DNA of 64,000 bases from NCBI GenBank assembly GCA_951812955.1, contig OX638340.1:2304001-2368000 (forward strand). Reading direction: 5' to 3'. The notes under the pieces were generated by a model, which saw nothing but the letters and a program-made list of their open reading frames with translations, had not been told where the DNA came from and searched no databases. Numbering within the stretch: the stretch's first letter is position 1; each line of letters begins with the position of its first letter. The translations under genes and the position numbers were made by a program. Below, one piece after another: positions 19,546 through 28,465 of the stretch. The DNA comes from an uncultured Gemmatimonadota bacterium (GTDB taxonomy: Bacteria > JAAXHH01).

Positions 19546-19862
19546 ATTCACGTCGCATTCGAAATACAAACTACACCCTCGGCCGTGACAATTAAACAGC
19601 GAATGATAAAAACATCCGGTTCACGGTCGCGCGGGCAGCCGTAACAGGCCGTTCGCGGGCAGGCCTTCAGTGGCCTGTACACGGGAAGGCCGTAACTGCC
19701 CGTGACAGGCCGATACTGGCAATTATCGGGCATGTCCCACCTGTTCCCGTCGTGCGGCCAACAGTCTTTTCTCTTTTGTTAAATCATAGTATTACGTATA
19801 AAGAACGTTCCAGTCCTATCTTGACTCATCGTACGCCCCTGGCTGTCAAACGGCAGTTTCTC

Positions 19863-20792
19863 ATGGCACCCACTGAACATATGGAAAGCACGGACAGCGC
19901 CGGATCGCATCGCGCAGGCTTCGTCGCCCTGGTCGGGAAACCGAATGTGGGCAAGTCCACCCTGATGAACGCGTTCCTTCAGCACCGGCTTTCCATCGTC
20001 ACCCCCAGGCCCCAGACCACCCGTCAACGGGTGCTTGGCATTCTGACGAAGGATACCTGCCAGGTCCTGATCCTGGATACGCCCGGGTTGCTCGAACCCG
20101 GCTACCGGCTCCAGGAATACATGCTGCAGTCCGCGGTCCATACGCTGCACGACTCCGATGCGGCCGTGGCCATCGTCGACGCCACCCGTTTCGAACGCGA
20201 TCTCGACGACCGCGTCGTCGGGTTCCTCGAGCATAGCCGCGGACCGGTGATCCTGGCCATAAACAAAATCGACAGGGCATCCAGAACTTCCCTGCTTCCC
20301 ATGATCGACCGGGCCGCAGGCCGTTTCCCCTTTGCCGAGATCGTACCCGTGTCCGCCCTCAAGGGAGACGGTCTCGACCCTTTGCTCTCCGCCGTCATCC
20401 GCCTGCTCCCATCCGGGCCGGCACTGTATCCCGCCGACATGCTCACCGATCAACCGGAACGGTTCTTCGTGGGTGAAATCATCCGGGAGCACCTGTTTCT
20501 GGCCCTGCACGAGGAACTGCCCTACGCATCGGCCGTGATCGTGGAGGACTTCACGGACCGGCCCAACGGCACAGCCTTCATACAGGCGGGTATCATTATC
20601 GAGCGGACATCCCAGAAGGGCATCATCATCGGCAGGAACGGCCGCATGCTGAAGCGCATCGGCACGTCCGCGAGGAAGGCAATCGTCGAATTCCTCGACC
20701 GTCCCGTCTATCTCGACCTGCGGGTCAAGGTCAGGCCGTCCTGGCGTAAGAAAGAACAGGATCTGAAGCGTCTGGGCTACACCACGAGGTGA
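19863..20792 (+). CDS. era: GTPase Era
   Basis: G1 motif GKPNVGKS, then TTR and DTPG motifs. The C-terminal KH domain is present (...GIIIGRNGRMLKRIG...). The start was chosen at the internal ATG (MAPTEH...) rather than the track start at 19752. Confidence 0.9.
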   Translation: MAPTEHMESTDSAGSHRAGFVALVGKPNVGKSTLMNAFLQHRLSIVTPRPQTTRQRVLGILTKDTCQVLILDTPGLLEPGYRLQEYMLQSAVHTLHDSDAAVAIVDATRFERDLDDRVVGFLEHSRGPVILAINKIDRASRTSLLPMIDRAAGRFPFAEIVPVSALKGDGLDPLLSAVIRLLPSGPALYPADMLTDQPERFFVGEIIREHLFLALHEELPYASAVIVEDFTDRPNGTAFIQAGIIIERTSQKGIIIGRNGRMLKRIGTSARKAIVEFLDRPVYLDLRVKVRPSWRKKEQDLKRLGYTTR

Positions 20793-20856
20793 GCGTCGCC
20801 GAGGCGAGCATCTGGGCTACACCGCGAGGTGAGTGTCGCCGAGGTGAGCGTCGCCG
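20771..20856. repeat. Tandem degenerate duplication of the era 3' end (~40-bp unit x2 plus a partial unit) including the stop codon
   Basis: tctgggctacaccacgaggtgagcgtcgccgaggcgagca is followed by tctgggctacaccgcgaggtgagtgtcgccgaggtgagcg tcgccg. The first unit encodes ...LGYTTR* and the second ...LGYTAR*. Confidence 0.75.
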
Positions 20857-20858
20857 CA

Positions 20859-20877
20859 GGGACCTTAAACCGGTCCC
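20859..20877. terminator. Short hairpin (gggacc-ttaaacc-ggtccc) between convergent era and the phosphotransferase gene
   Basis: Visible 6-bp inverted repeat. No clear U-tract. It overlaps the stop codon of the minus-strand gene. Confidence 0.3.
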
Positions 20878-21953
20878 CGCAGCGCTGTGCCTAGTCTCTT
20901 GCCGGCGAGCCCGGCGTACCGTTCCAGATCCTCCCACAACGCCTCCAGCGGCCGGAGTTCGTTCCAGGGCCGGACTGCCTGACGGTCGTATCCTTCGATC
21001 AGGGACAGGATCCGCACGCACCACTGCACGGGCAGGATGGCTTGGTATACGTCCATCTTCTCGAAGGCGTGGGGATCGGCGCTTTTTTCGCAGTAAACCG
21101 CGATCATCTCTTCCCGCAAACCAGACGCCAGCGCCGCGCTCTCCGGATGCCAGAAAAAACCGGCGATCTCGTAAAAAGGGTCCATGATCCCCGCGTGTTC
21201 CCAGTCTACCAGCCCGACGACGTCCCGTTCCGCCTTGATCACATTGGCCGGCCGTAAATCTCCATGACACAGGCGTGGCGGGGCATCTGCCCATAACGCG
21301 GGCTGCAGGTCCGCCATGGCCAGGCACCGCCTCAGGTCGAGCAACCTGTCCACGGTCCGGCAGAAAGACGGATCGTTCATGGCGGGCGATGCGGACATGG
21401 CGCGCATTGTCTCGTCCATATACGCGAGGCAGTCAGCGGGACGGGACGGCCCCGCCGGTGGGGCCAGTAAGGGATCTCCGGGATCCCTATGGCCATGCAC
21501 CGCGACCGCGATTCCGAGGAGCAGGGCCAGGTCCTCCCTGGTCATGCTTGCGGGTACCACCGCCGACCCCGGTAGTTTATCGTAGATCAGCACGGGGGCG
21601 TTCAGAACCGCTGCCAAGGAATCCGCAAAAACGGCATTCGGCACTTCTTCCAGGCTGGCAAGCCGGGTCAACGCCGCAAACTCCCGTTCGAGGCGCCGTG
21701 CGCGATCACCCGGATATACCTTAAGGAGAAAGATGCCTGCGGATGTATCTACTTCGTATATAAGGTTGTTGAATCCGCCGGCCAGAGACCGGACACGGCG
21801 TGGGCCCATGGCGAACCCGTGCCCTTCCTCGGCCAGCCGCCGGAGGTAGCGCGATACGGCCGCCAGGTCCGCGGACTCACCTTCACGGAGCGGCGGCGTT
21901 CCCCGATCGTCCCTGGATTCAGTCATCATCGAGCGATACATAGGACGATACAT
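20865..21953 (-). CDS. Phosphotransferase enzyme family protein (aminoglycoside/choline-kinase-like, APH fold)
   Basis: Kinase-like catalytic loop HGDLRPANVI. Brenner-type motif context LVDWEHAG. Confidence 0.7.
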   Translation of the reverse strand: MYRPMYRSMMTESRDDRGTPPLREGESADLAAVSRYLRRLAEEGHGFAMGPRRVRSLAGGFNNLIYEVDTSAGIFLLKVYPGDRARRLEREFAALTRLASLEEVPNAVFADSLAAVLNAPVLIYDKLPGSAVVPASMTREDLALLLGIAVAVHGHRDPGDPLLAPPAGPSRPADCLAYMDETMRAMSASPAMNDPSFCRTVDRLLDLRRCLAMADLQPALWADAPPRLCHGDLRPANVIKAERDVVGLVDWEHAGIMDPFYEIAGFFWHPESAALASGLREEMIAVYCEKSADPHAFEKMDVYQAILPVQWCVRILSLIEGYDRQAVRPWNELRPLEALWEDLERYAGLAGKRLGTALRGPV

Positions 21954-22109
21954 GACCGGCTGTTCCCTCCTGGCCTTTTCCGATTGCCCGCGGGTCTGCC
22001 CGTTCGTATCTTCATTACTCGGAACCCATCATCCGGCGCACCCCGGAACACAGGTTTCCGAGTGTCCCGTTCCACGTCCGGCTCATCCCTTATACCGGTG
22101 TGATGCAAG

Positions 22110-23012
22110 ATGAAACCCCTTTGCCGGCTCCGGTTTGCCGCAAAGAACCTGTCCCGGTACCTGTCGCTCCTGTCGCTCAGACAGGCCACCGCGTCGATCT
22201 CCGTCCTGCTGCTGACGACCCTGGGTTGCGGAAGCGCCTTCCAGAATATCAACGTCCTCAGCGAGTCGGATGAAATAGCGCTCGGCCGCGAGTTTTCGAG
22301 AGAAATCGAAAGAGAGATCAAACTGTTCACGGACCCGGAGGTGGTCCGCTACGTCGACGAACTGGGGCAGACCCTCGTCCGGCATTCCAAACGGTCCAAT
22401 TTACAATACTACATAAAAGTCGTGGATACGGATGAAGTCAACGCCTTTGCCCTTCCCGGCGGCTTTCTCTATGTCAATCGGGGCCTCATCTCCTTAGCGA
22501 ACACCGAATCGGAACTGGCGGGGGTGATCTCCCACGAAATCGGGCACGTGGTGGGGCGTCACGGCGCCAAGGCCCTGACCCGGCAACTCGGGCTGGAGAT
22601 CGTGCTGGGCATGATATCGGGAAGGAACTCCACCGGCGTCCAGCGCGTCGCTTCGCAACTGGCGGGAATCGGCGGCATCCTCTCCATGTTGCACTACTCC
22701 CGGGAAGCGGAACGGGAAGCGGACGCCCTAGCGGTCGAGAACCTCCGGGAGGCCGGCTACGATCCCGATGGCGTCTCGGCGTTCTTCGAGAAGCTCCTGG
22801 AAATCAACGACCGTGAACCCGGCGCGCTGGCCCTGCTGTTCTCGACTCATCCACCGAGCAGGGAACGCATCGATCAAACCAGGAAACAGATCGCCGGACT
22901 ACCGGTCCTGGACGGACTGATTACCGATTCGGAACGGTTTCATCAGATCAAGAGCCGGCTGCCGCCGCTTAAGAAGAACCCGCTGGACAATGAAGTACCA
23001 ACTGGACAATAA
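22110..23012 (+). CDS. M48-family zinc metallopeptidase (HtpX/BepA-like), lipoprotein
   Basis: HEIGHVVGRHG (HExxH) zinc motif. The signal/lipobox LLLTTLGCGSA is present. Confidence 0.85.
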   Translation: MKPLCRLRFAAKNLSRYLSLLSLRQATASISVLLLTTLGCGSAFQNINVLSESDEIALGREFSREIEREIKLFTDPEVVRYVDELGQTLVRHSKRSNLQYYIKVVDTDEVNAFALPGGFLYVNRGLISLANTESELAGVISHEIGHVVGRHGAKALTRQLGLEIVLGMISGRNSTGVQRVASQLAGIGGILSMLHYSREAEREADALAVENLREAGYDPDGVSAFFEKLLEINDREPGALALLFSTHPPSRERIDQTRKQIAGLPVLDGLITDSERFHQIKSRLPPLKKNPLDNEVPTGQ

Positions 23013-23050
23013 GGAATAAGCGCAACCGCTCCGCACGCACCGATCAGCCC

Positions 23051-24244
23051 ATGCCGCCATCAAACCTCGAAAACAGCCCTGGCCTCCTCCTGCGTGGGGG
23101 GACCGTCGTGGACCCGTCGCAGGATCTGAACCGGGTATGCGATGTCTCCATTTGCGGCGGTTCGATTTCGGCCGTAGGCGACGGCCTGCCAGTGGAGGGC
23201 CGACGCGTCCTCGACGTATCCGGCCGCTACGTCTTTCCCGGACTGGTCGACCTGCACGCCCACATCTGCTGGGGATTCACCGACATCGGCCTGGTTCCCG
23301 ACGACGTCTGTCCCTCCACCGGCGTAACCGCTATCGTGGACGCCGGAAGCTCTAGCTGGCCCAGCCAGGAGGCCTTCCGCCGCAACGTTGCGGAACCTTC
23401 CAGGACCCGGGTTTTCGGCTTCTCCAACATCTCGAGCGTGGGCATCCCGACGGCGGGCACTCCCGAACTGGCCAGCCTGCGGTTCGTGGACGTGGACCGT
23501 TCCGTGACCGCCGTAGCCGGCAATCGGGACCTGATGACCGGTATCAAGGTAAGACAGGGCCGGCACCTGGTGGGCGACAATGGCGTCGAGCCGACGCGCC
23601 TGGCGGTAGAGGCCGCCGAACAGCTCGGCGTCCCGGTCATGGTCCACGTGGGCAATACGCCGTGTCCCCTCGGCGGCATTATGGACCTGCTTCGGCCAGG
23701 CGACATCATCACGCACGCCTATCACGGCCATCCCCACGGCATTCTGGACGACCACCGGGCCATTTGGGAGGACGTCATCGAGGGACGTTCCCGGGGCATC
23801 CTGATGGACGTGGGACACGGCGCAGGCAGTTTCAGCTTCGACGTGGCCAAAGCGGCCTTCGAGCGGGGGTTCTTCCCGGACGCCATCAGCACGGACCTGT
23901 ACACCGTAAACGTCAATGGCCCGGTTTTCGACTTGCCGACCACCATGTCCAAGATGCTTAACCTGGGCATGCCCCTCACGGACATCGTGGAGAGTACGAC
24001 CACCATACCGGCCGCGGCGATCGGGCGCACGGAACTCGGCACGCTCCGGCCGGGCGCGTCGGCCGACGTGGCGGTCTTCGTAAAGGAGGAGGGCGAGTTC
24101 GAATTCACCGATTCGCACGGGGAACGCCGGATATGGCCGCGGCGCCTGGCCTGTGAAATGACCCTGCTGGACGGGGAGATCGTATTTGACCGGGAACGAT
24201 CCGCACGTCCGTCATTGGACGTCAACAACGGGGAAAACGCGTAA
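23051..24244 (+). CDS. Amidohydrolase-family metal-dependent hydrolase (dihydroorotase/deacylase-like)
   Basis: Metal-binding signature VDLHAHICWG early in the sequence. A later His/Asp pattern is typical of the amidohydrolase superfamily. Confidence 0.7.
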   Translation: MPPSNLENSPGLLLRGGTVVDPSQDLNRVCDVSICGGSISAVGDGLPVEGRRVLDVSGRYVFPGLVDLHAHICWGFTDIGLVPDDVCPSTGVTAIVDAGSSSWPSQEAFRRNVAEPSRTRVFGFSNISSVGIPTAGTPELASLRFVDVDRSVTAVAGNRDLMTGIKVRQGRHLVGDNGVEPTRLAVEAAEQLGVPVMVHVGNTPCPLGGIMDLLRPGDIITHAYHGHPHGILDDHRAIWEDVIEGRSRGILMDVGHGAGSFSFDVAKAAFERGFFPDAISTDLYTVNVNGPVFDLPTTMSKMLNLGMPLTDIVESTTTIPAAAIGRTELGTLRPGASADVAVFVKEEGEFEFTDSHGERRIWPRRLACEMTLLDGEIVFDRERSARPSLDVNNGENA

Positions 24245-24879
24245 TGAAAACCAGATACTGGGTGGGCGGTTGTCTATCCGCGATCATTCTGCTCGCCGTA
24301 ATCGCAGGCGCAACCTACTATTTTCTCCTCCAGGCGAGCGATGAACTGGTCGAGACTTACACGAGTCCGGAGCCCCGCGATTTCTCCCGCACTGAGTCCC
24401 GTGTAGAGAAGGGTCGGGAAGAAGCGCTGTCGGCAATCGAACGGTTCAGGGATTTCATCTTTGCGCTTGAGACGGGCGAAGATACCGAAAGCTTTTCGCT
24501 GTCTGCGGACGATATCAATGCCCTCCTCGAGCAAGAGGATCTGTTCAAAGAAATCCACGGGATGGCGCGCGTGGACATCCAGGATGACAAGCTTCAGGCC
24601 GAGATCAGCGTGCCCCTCGGCTTGTTCAACGATCGATTCGAAGGCCAATACCTGAACGGTACAGGCGAACTCTCCATCGAGATGAAGGACGACCGGCTGG
24701 AGGTCACCATCGACCGGCTGGAGGTCGGCGGCAGAGACATTCCTGCAGAATTCATGAATGAAATCCGTAAAAACAACCTGGTGGAAACCCTGTACCGGGA
24801 GCCGGCTCTGGATCGATTTCTACAAATGGTGAAGGACGTGAAGATCGAAGACGGCCGGCTCGTTATCCAACCCAGGTAG
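24244..24879 (+). CDS. Hypothetical N-terminally membrane-anchored protein
   Basis: Single N-terminal TM helix (WVGGCLSAIILLAVIAGATYYFLL). The start overlaps the preceding stop codon (taATGa). Confidence 0.5.
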   Translation: MKTRYWVGGCLSAIILLAVIAGATYYFLLQASDELVETYTSPEPRDFSRTESRVEKGREEALSAIERFRDFIFALETGEDTESFSLSADDINALLEQEDLFKEIHGMARVDIQDDKLQAEISVPLGLFNDRFEGQYLNGTGELSIEMKDDRLEVTIDRLEVGGRDIPAEFMNEIRKNNLVETLYREPALDRFLQMVKDVKIEDGRLVIQPR

Positions 24880-24911
24880 GATCCGGACCCTCGCGCCGTG
24901 GAAACAACGCC

Positions 24912-25757
24912 ATGCCCATCCTCCTCGCCATCGCCCTGCACGCGGAAGCGCGGCCTGTGATCGAGCGATTCCGATTGAAGCAGGACGCATCCTTCGACCT
25001 GCCCGTTTTCCGGCGGGACGAGGTCTGGCTTACCGTGACCGGTACGGGACGCATGAAGTCCGCCATCGCGACCACCTGCCTGGTCACCCGGATTGAAAGA
25101 GATGAGCGAACGGTCATCTTCAACCTCGGCGTCGCCGGCCATACGCAGAAGGCGGAGGAGGGACCCGTCAAGGTCGGGGACCGGTTCCTCGCGAACAAGA
25201 TCACGGAGCAAAGCACCGGCCGATCCTTCTATCCCGACCTGCTGGCGAGGACGCCCCTGGCGGAATCCGCGGTCACGACCGTGGAACGTCCCCTGGACCG
25301 GGCGGACGCCGGCGCCGTCGAGCCGGGCCTGGCCGACATGGAAGCGGCCGGATTCTTCCAGGCGGCGGCGACCTTCCTCCCGCCCCACCGGATCGGCTGC
25401 GTCAAGGTCGTTTCCGACCACCTGGAAACGAGACGCTTCGACAAGGACTGGATAAGTGAACTGATCGCGGGATCCCTGGACGATTTCGAGGCAGCGATCG
25501 CGGCTTACAGGACGATCTCCGACGGGGAACCGGACGCGTTGACCGACGCGGACGTGCGCGTCGTGGAAGACATCCGCGACCGGCTGCGACTGACGGCCAG
25601 CCGGCACCGGATGCTGTCCGACCTGGTGCGGTCTTACAAGCTACACACCGGCTCGGACCTGCCTGACCTCACACGGATCTCCCAGGTCTCCGTCAAGACG
25701 AAACAGGAAGGCGATGCAGAATTTGAAAGACTACGCGGCATCCTCTCGGTGGAATAA
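24912..25757 (+). CDS. PNP/UDP-1 family nucleosidase (MTA/SAH nucleosidase or futalosine hydrolase-like)
   Basis: Collinear with E. coli MTAN motif blocks: IGAMEEE to ILLAIALHAEARP, GIGKVAAA to GTGRMKSAIA, INTGSAGG to FNLGVAGH, VEMEATA to ADMEAAG, VRAISD to VKVVSD. Confidence 0.6.
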   Translation: MPILLAIALHAEARPVIERFRLKQDASFDLPVFRRDEVWLTVTGTGRMKSAIATTCLVTRIERDERTVIFNLGVAGHTQKAEEGPVKVGDRFLANKITEQSTGRSFYPDLLARTPLAESAVTTVERPLDRADAGAVEPGLADMEAAGFFQAAATFLPPHRIGCVKVVSDHLETRRFDKDWISELIAGSLDDFEAAIAAYRTISDGEPDALTDADVRVVEDIRDRLRLTASRHRMLSDLVRSYKLHTGSDLPDLTRISQVSVKTKQEGDAEFERLRGILSVE

Positions 25758-26754
25758 CTTCTCCCACCTCTATGTCGAGCGCGGCGCAGACGAATACTCG
25801 CTCACCCGGCGCATACGGGATCGTTTTTCGAAAGCCCGCGTGGTGGAGATCGACGACTACAAGGCGGTCTTCGCCCGGCCGCGTCAGCGGTTCCAGGCAC
25901 AAAAGGAGACCATGAAACTGATCCTGGCCGTGAAGAAGGACCGGTTCCTGTACGAAGGGTCGGGGAACAGCCAGAACTTCAACCTCGAGGATTTCTACTA
26001 CAACACGCTTATGTTCAATTGCGTGTACAACTGCGACTACTGCTACCTGCAGGGCATGTATCCATCGGCGAATATCGTGGTTTTCGTGAACCTGGAGGAC
26101 TACTTTAAGGCGACGCGCAGGGCCATACGCGAGAGGTCGAACCCCTCGCAGCCGTTTTACCTGTGTATCTCTTACGACACCGACCTGCTCGCTTTCGAGT
26201 CGGTCGTGCCCTATTGCCGCGCCTGGATAGAATTCGCCCGCGAGGAGCCGGACCTGCTCGTTGAAATCCGTACCAAGAGCGCCGCGTACCGCGCCATCGG
26301 GGACCTGTCGCCTTCAGAACGCGTCATCCTGGCGTGGACCCTGTCCCCCGAACCGGTCGCCGCACGCTTCGAACACGGGACGGCGCCGCTCAATCAGAGG
26401 CTGGACGCCGCCCGGTCGGCCATTGACGACGGCTGGCCGGTCCGTCTCTGCTTCGACCCGGTCCTCGCCGTTCCGTCCTGGGAGTCCGTTTACGGAGACC
26501 TGGTCGAGGAGGTCGTCCGGCGGATCGAGCCGGCCGCCGTTCGAGACGTGACCGTGGGCGTCTTCCGATTGTCGAAGATCCATTATCAGCGCATGAGACG
26601 TTTGCGGCGGGATACGCCGCTTCTGTACGACGAATACGTACAGGAGGGCACGACCGTGACCTACACGGCCGAACGGCGGGAGGAGATGACCGCCTTCATG
26701 CGGCAGCGCCTGGGAGACCACTTCGAAGAGGAGCGAATCGTCACATGGACGTAG
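25714..26754 (+). CDS. Radical SAM protein, SPL (spore photoproduct lyase)/COG1533-like family
   Basis: C-x3-C-x2-C motif in the family-typical context FNCVYNCDYCYLQG. Length is ~346 aa. It overlaps the upstream gene by ~44 bp and the downstream SDR by ~10 bp, which suggests an operon. Confidence 0.7.
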   Translation: MQNLKDYAASSRWNNFSHLYVERGADEYSLTRRIRDRFSKARVVEIDDYKAVFARPRQRFQAQKETMKLILAVKKDRFLYEGSGNSQNFNLEDFYYNTLMFNCVYNCDYCYLQGMYPSANIVVFVNLEDYFKATRRAIRERSNPSQPFYLCISYDTDLLAFESVVPYCRAWIEFAREEPDLLVEIRTKSAAYRAIGDLSPSERVILAWTLSPEPVAARFEHGTAPLNQRLDAARSAIDDGWPVRLCFDPVLAVPSWESVYGDLVEEVVRRIEPAAVRDVTVGVFRLSKIHYQRMRRLRRDTPLLYDEYVQEGTTVTYTAERREEMTAFMRQRLGDHFEEERIVTWT

Positions 26755-27464
26755 CACTGGTCACCGGCGCTTCATCCGGAATCGGCCTGGCCATCGCCGC
26801 GCGCCTGGTCGAGTCGGGCTACAACGTATACGGGTATGCCCGCGACCACGGGAAGACCTCCTACCGCCACGCCCGGTACAAACCCGTCGAATGTGACGTG
26901 ACCGATACCCGGGTGCTGCTGGATCGCACCGAGGATTTGCTCAAGGAAACCGGGGGACTGAAGGTCCTGGTCAACAACGCCGGTGTGGGGTTCTTCGGTC
27001 CCCATGCCACCATGGCGCCCGGGCGGATAGAAACCATGGTGCGGACCAACCTGATCGCGCCCATGGTCCTGACCCGGGCGACCCTGCGGCACCTGGAGGC
27101 CTCGCGGGGGTATGTCGTCAACATCGCTTCCACCGCCGCGTTGAATCCCGGTCCCTTCGGCGCGGCCTACGGCGCCACGAAGGCCGGCCTCCACCAGTTC
27201 GGCCAGGCGCTCTTCAGCGAGGTGCGGAAGAGCGGCGTCCGGGTGGTGACCCTGTACCCGGACATGACACGGACGCCGTTTTACGACGGGGCCGACTTCG
27301 AACCCGGCGAGGAACCCGGCACCCACATCACGCCCGAGTGCGTGGCCGACGCCGTTGCACAGGCCGTGGACCAGCGGGAGGGGACGGTGATCACGCAGAT
27401 CGTCATCAGGCCTCAGCGGACGCAAGTCGTCCGCAAGGGAAAGCCGCGGCGGGAGAAGGATTAA
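26745..27464 (+). CDS. SDR-family short-chain dehydrogenase/reductase
   Basis: Cofactor motif TGASSGIGLAIA. Catalytic YxxxK is present (YGATKAG). Confidence 0.9.
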   Translation: MDVALVTGASSGIGLAIAARLVESGYNVYGYARDHGKTSYRHARYKPVECDVTDTRVLLDRTEDLLKETGGLKVLVNNAGVGFFGPHATMAPGRIETMVRTNLIAPMVLTRATLRHLEASRGYVVNIASTAALNPGPFGAAYGATKAGLHQFGQALFSEVRKSGVRVVTLYPDMTRTPFYDGADFEPGEEPGTHITPECVADAVAQAVDQREGTVITQIVIRPQRTQVVRKGKPRREKD

Positions 27465-27508
27465 GCGTCCGTCGGCTCAAGCAGCGGAATGGACTGCCCC
27501 GTGAAACC

Positions 27509-27575
27509 GCGCGAAACCATGCCAACGAATCCGCGCAAACGAGATTCCGCAAACGAACGAAATCCCCTGGCCCGG
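27509..27575. repeat. Degenerate ~20-bp tandem repeats (x3) downstream of the SDR gene, resembling its 3' end
   Basis: gtgaaaccgcgcgaaaccatgc / caacgaatccgcgcaaacgaga / ttccgcaaacgaacgaaatccc. Compare the SDR 3' end ...ccgcaagggaaagccgcggcgggagaagg. Confidence 0.5.
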
Positions 27576-27632
27576 TGTTTTGGCACATGAATGAATTGCC
27601 CATCCGGTAGCTCATTTGCGAAAGGAACATTC

Positions 27633-28445
27633 ATGCCCTACATATCCTCCCTCCACGTCTATCCCATCAAGTCCTGCGCCGGACACGAGGTAAATCGGGC
27701 GGAGCTTGACGCCCGGGGGATCCTCTACGACCGGTCGTGGATCGTCGTCGGCAGTGGCGGCGGAATGCTCACCCAGCGCGACACGCCCGCCCTGGCGCTC
27801 GTTCGGCCTGCCGTGGAAAACGGCGGGCTGGTCCTTTCGGCACCGGGGATGGAGGACCTCGCGGTGCCGCGAACCGAGGAGGGCAATATACGGAACGTGG
27901 AAGTATGGGGAGATGCCTGCGACGGGATCGACCAGGGCGACGACGCGGCGGACTGGTTCAGCTCGTACCTAGACACTGCCAGCCGCCTGCTGTATTTCAA
28001 ACCGGGCTTCGTGCGTCCCGTAGACCCGGATTACGCGACCCGGCCAGGCGACCAGGTGGGCTTCGCGGACGGCTTTCCGCTGTTGATGATCTCCGAAGCC
28101 TCCCTGGCGGACCTGAATGCGCGGCTCGCATCGCCTGTCCGCATGAACCGCTTCAGACCCAATGTCGTCGTGGCAGACTGTCCGCCCTACGCGGAGGACA
28201 CGTGGAAGCACGTTCGCGCAGGGAACCTGGAACTCGACCTGGTAAAACCCTGCGGCCGGTGCGCCACGATCCTAGTGGAGCAGGAGAGCGGGACACCGGG
28301 CAAGGAACCGCTGCGCACGCTGGCGACCTACCGCAAACTCGGTCGGCCAACCCCGTCTTTCGGCCATAACGCCGTGCACCGGTCGCCCGGCGTGTTGGAA
28401 GCGGGCATGGCCATTCAGATTCTCGACATGCGGCAGAGCGCATAA
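27633..28445 (+). CDS. MOSC domain-containing protein (YcbX-like)
   Basis: MOSC N-terminal beta-barrel start MPYISSLHVYPIKSC. The conserved C-terminal cysteine context KPCGRCA is present. Confidence 0.8.
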   Translation: MPYISSLHVYPIKSCAGHEVNRAELDARGILYDRSWIVVGSGGGMLTQRDTPALALVRPAVENGGLVLSAPGMEDLAVPRTEEGNIRNVEVWGDACDGIDQGDDAADWFSSYLDTASRLLYFKPGFVRPVDPDYATRPGDQVGFADGFPLLMISEASLADLNARLASPVRMNRFRPNVVVADCPPYAEDTWKHVRAGNLELDLVKPCGRCATILVEQESGTPGKEPLRTLATYRKLGRPTPSFGHNAVHRSPGVLEAGMAIQILDMRQSA

Positions 28446-28465
28446 TAGTCAAGGAGGAGGACCCT

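Noticed and set aside
19425-19863. Possible small RNA or tRNA in the 440-bp divergent intergenic region
   Set aside because: No cloverleaf or conserved RNA motif was recognisable by eye. Only the 27-bp direct repeat is reported.
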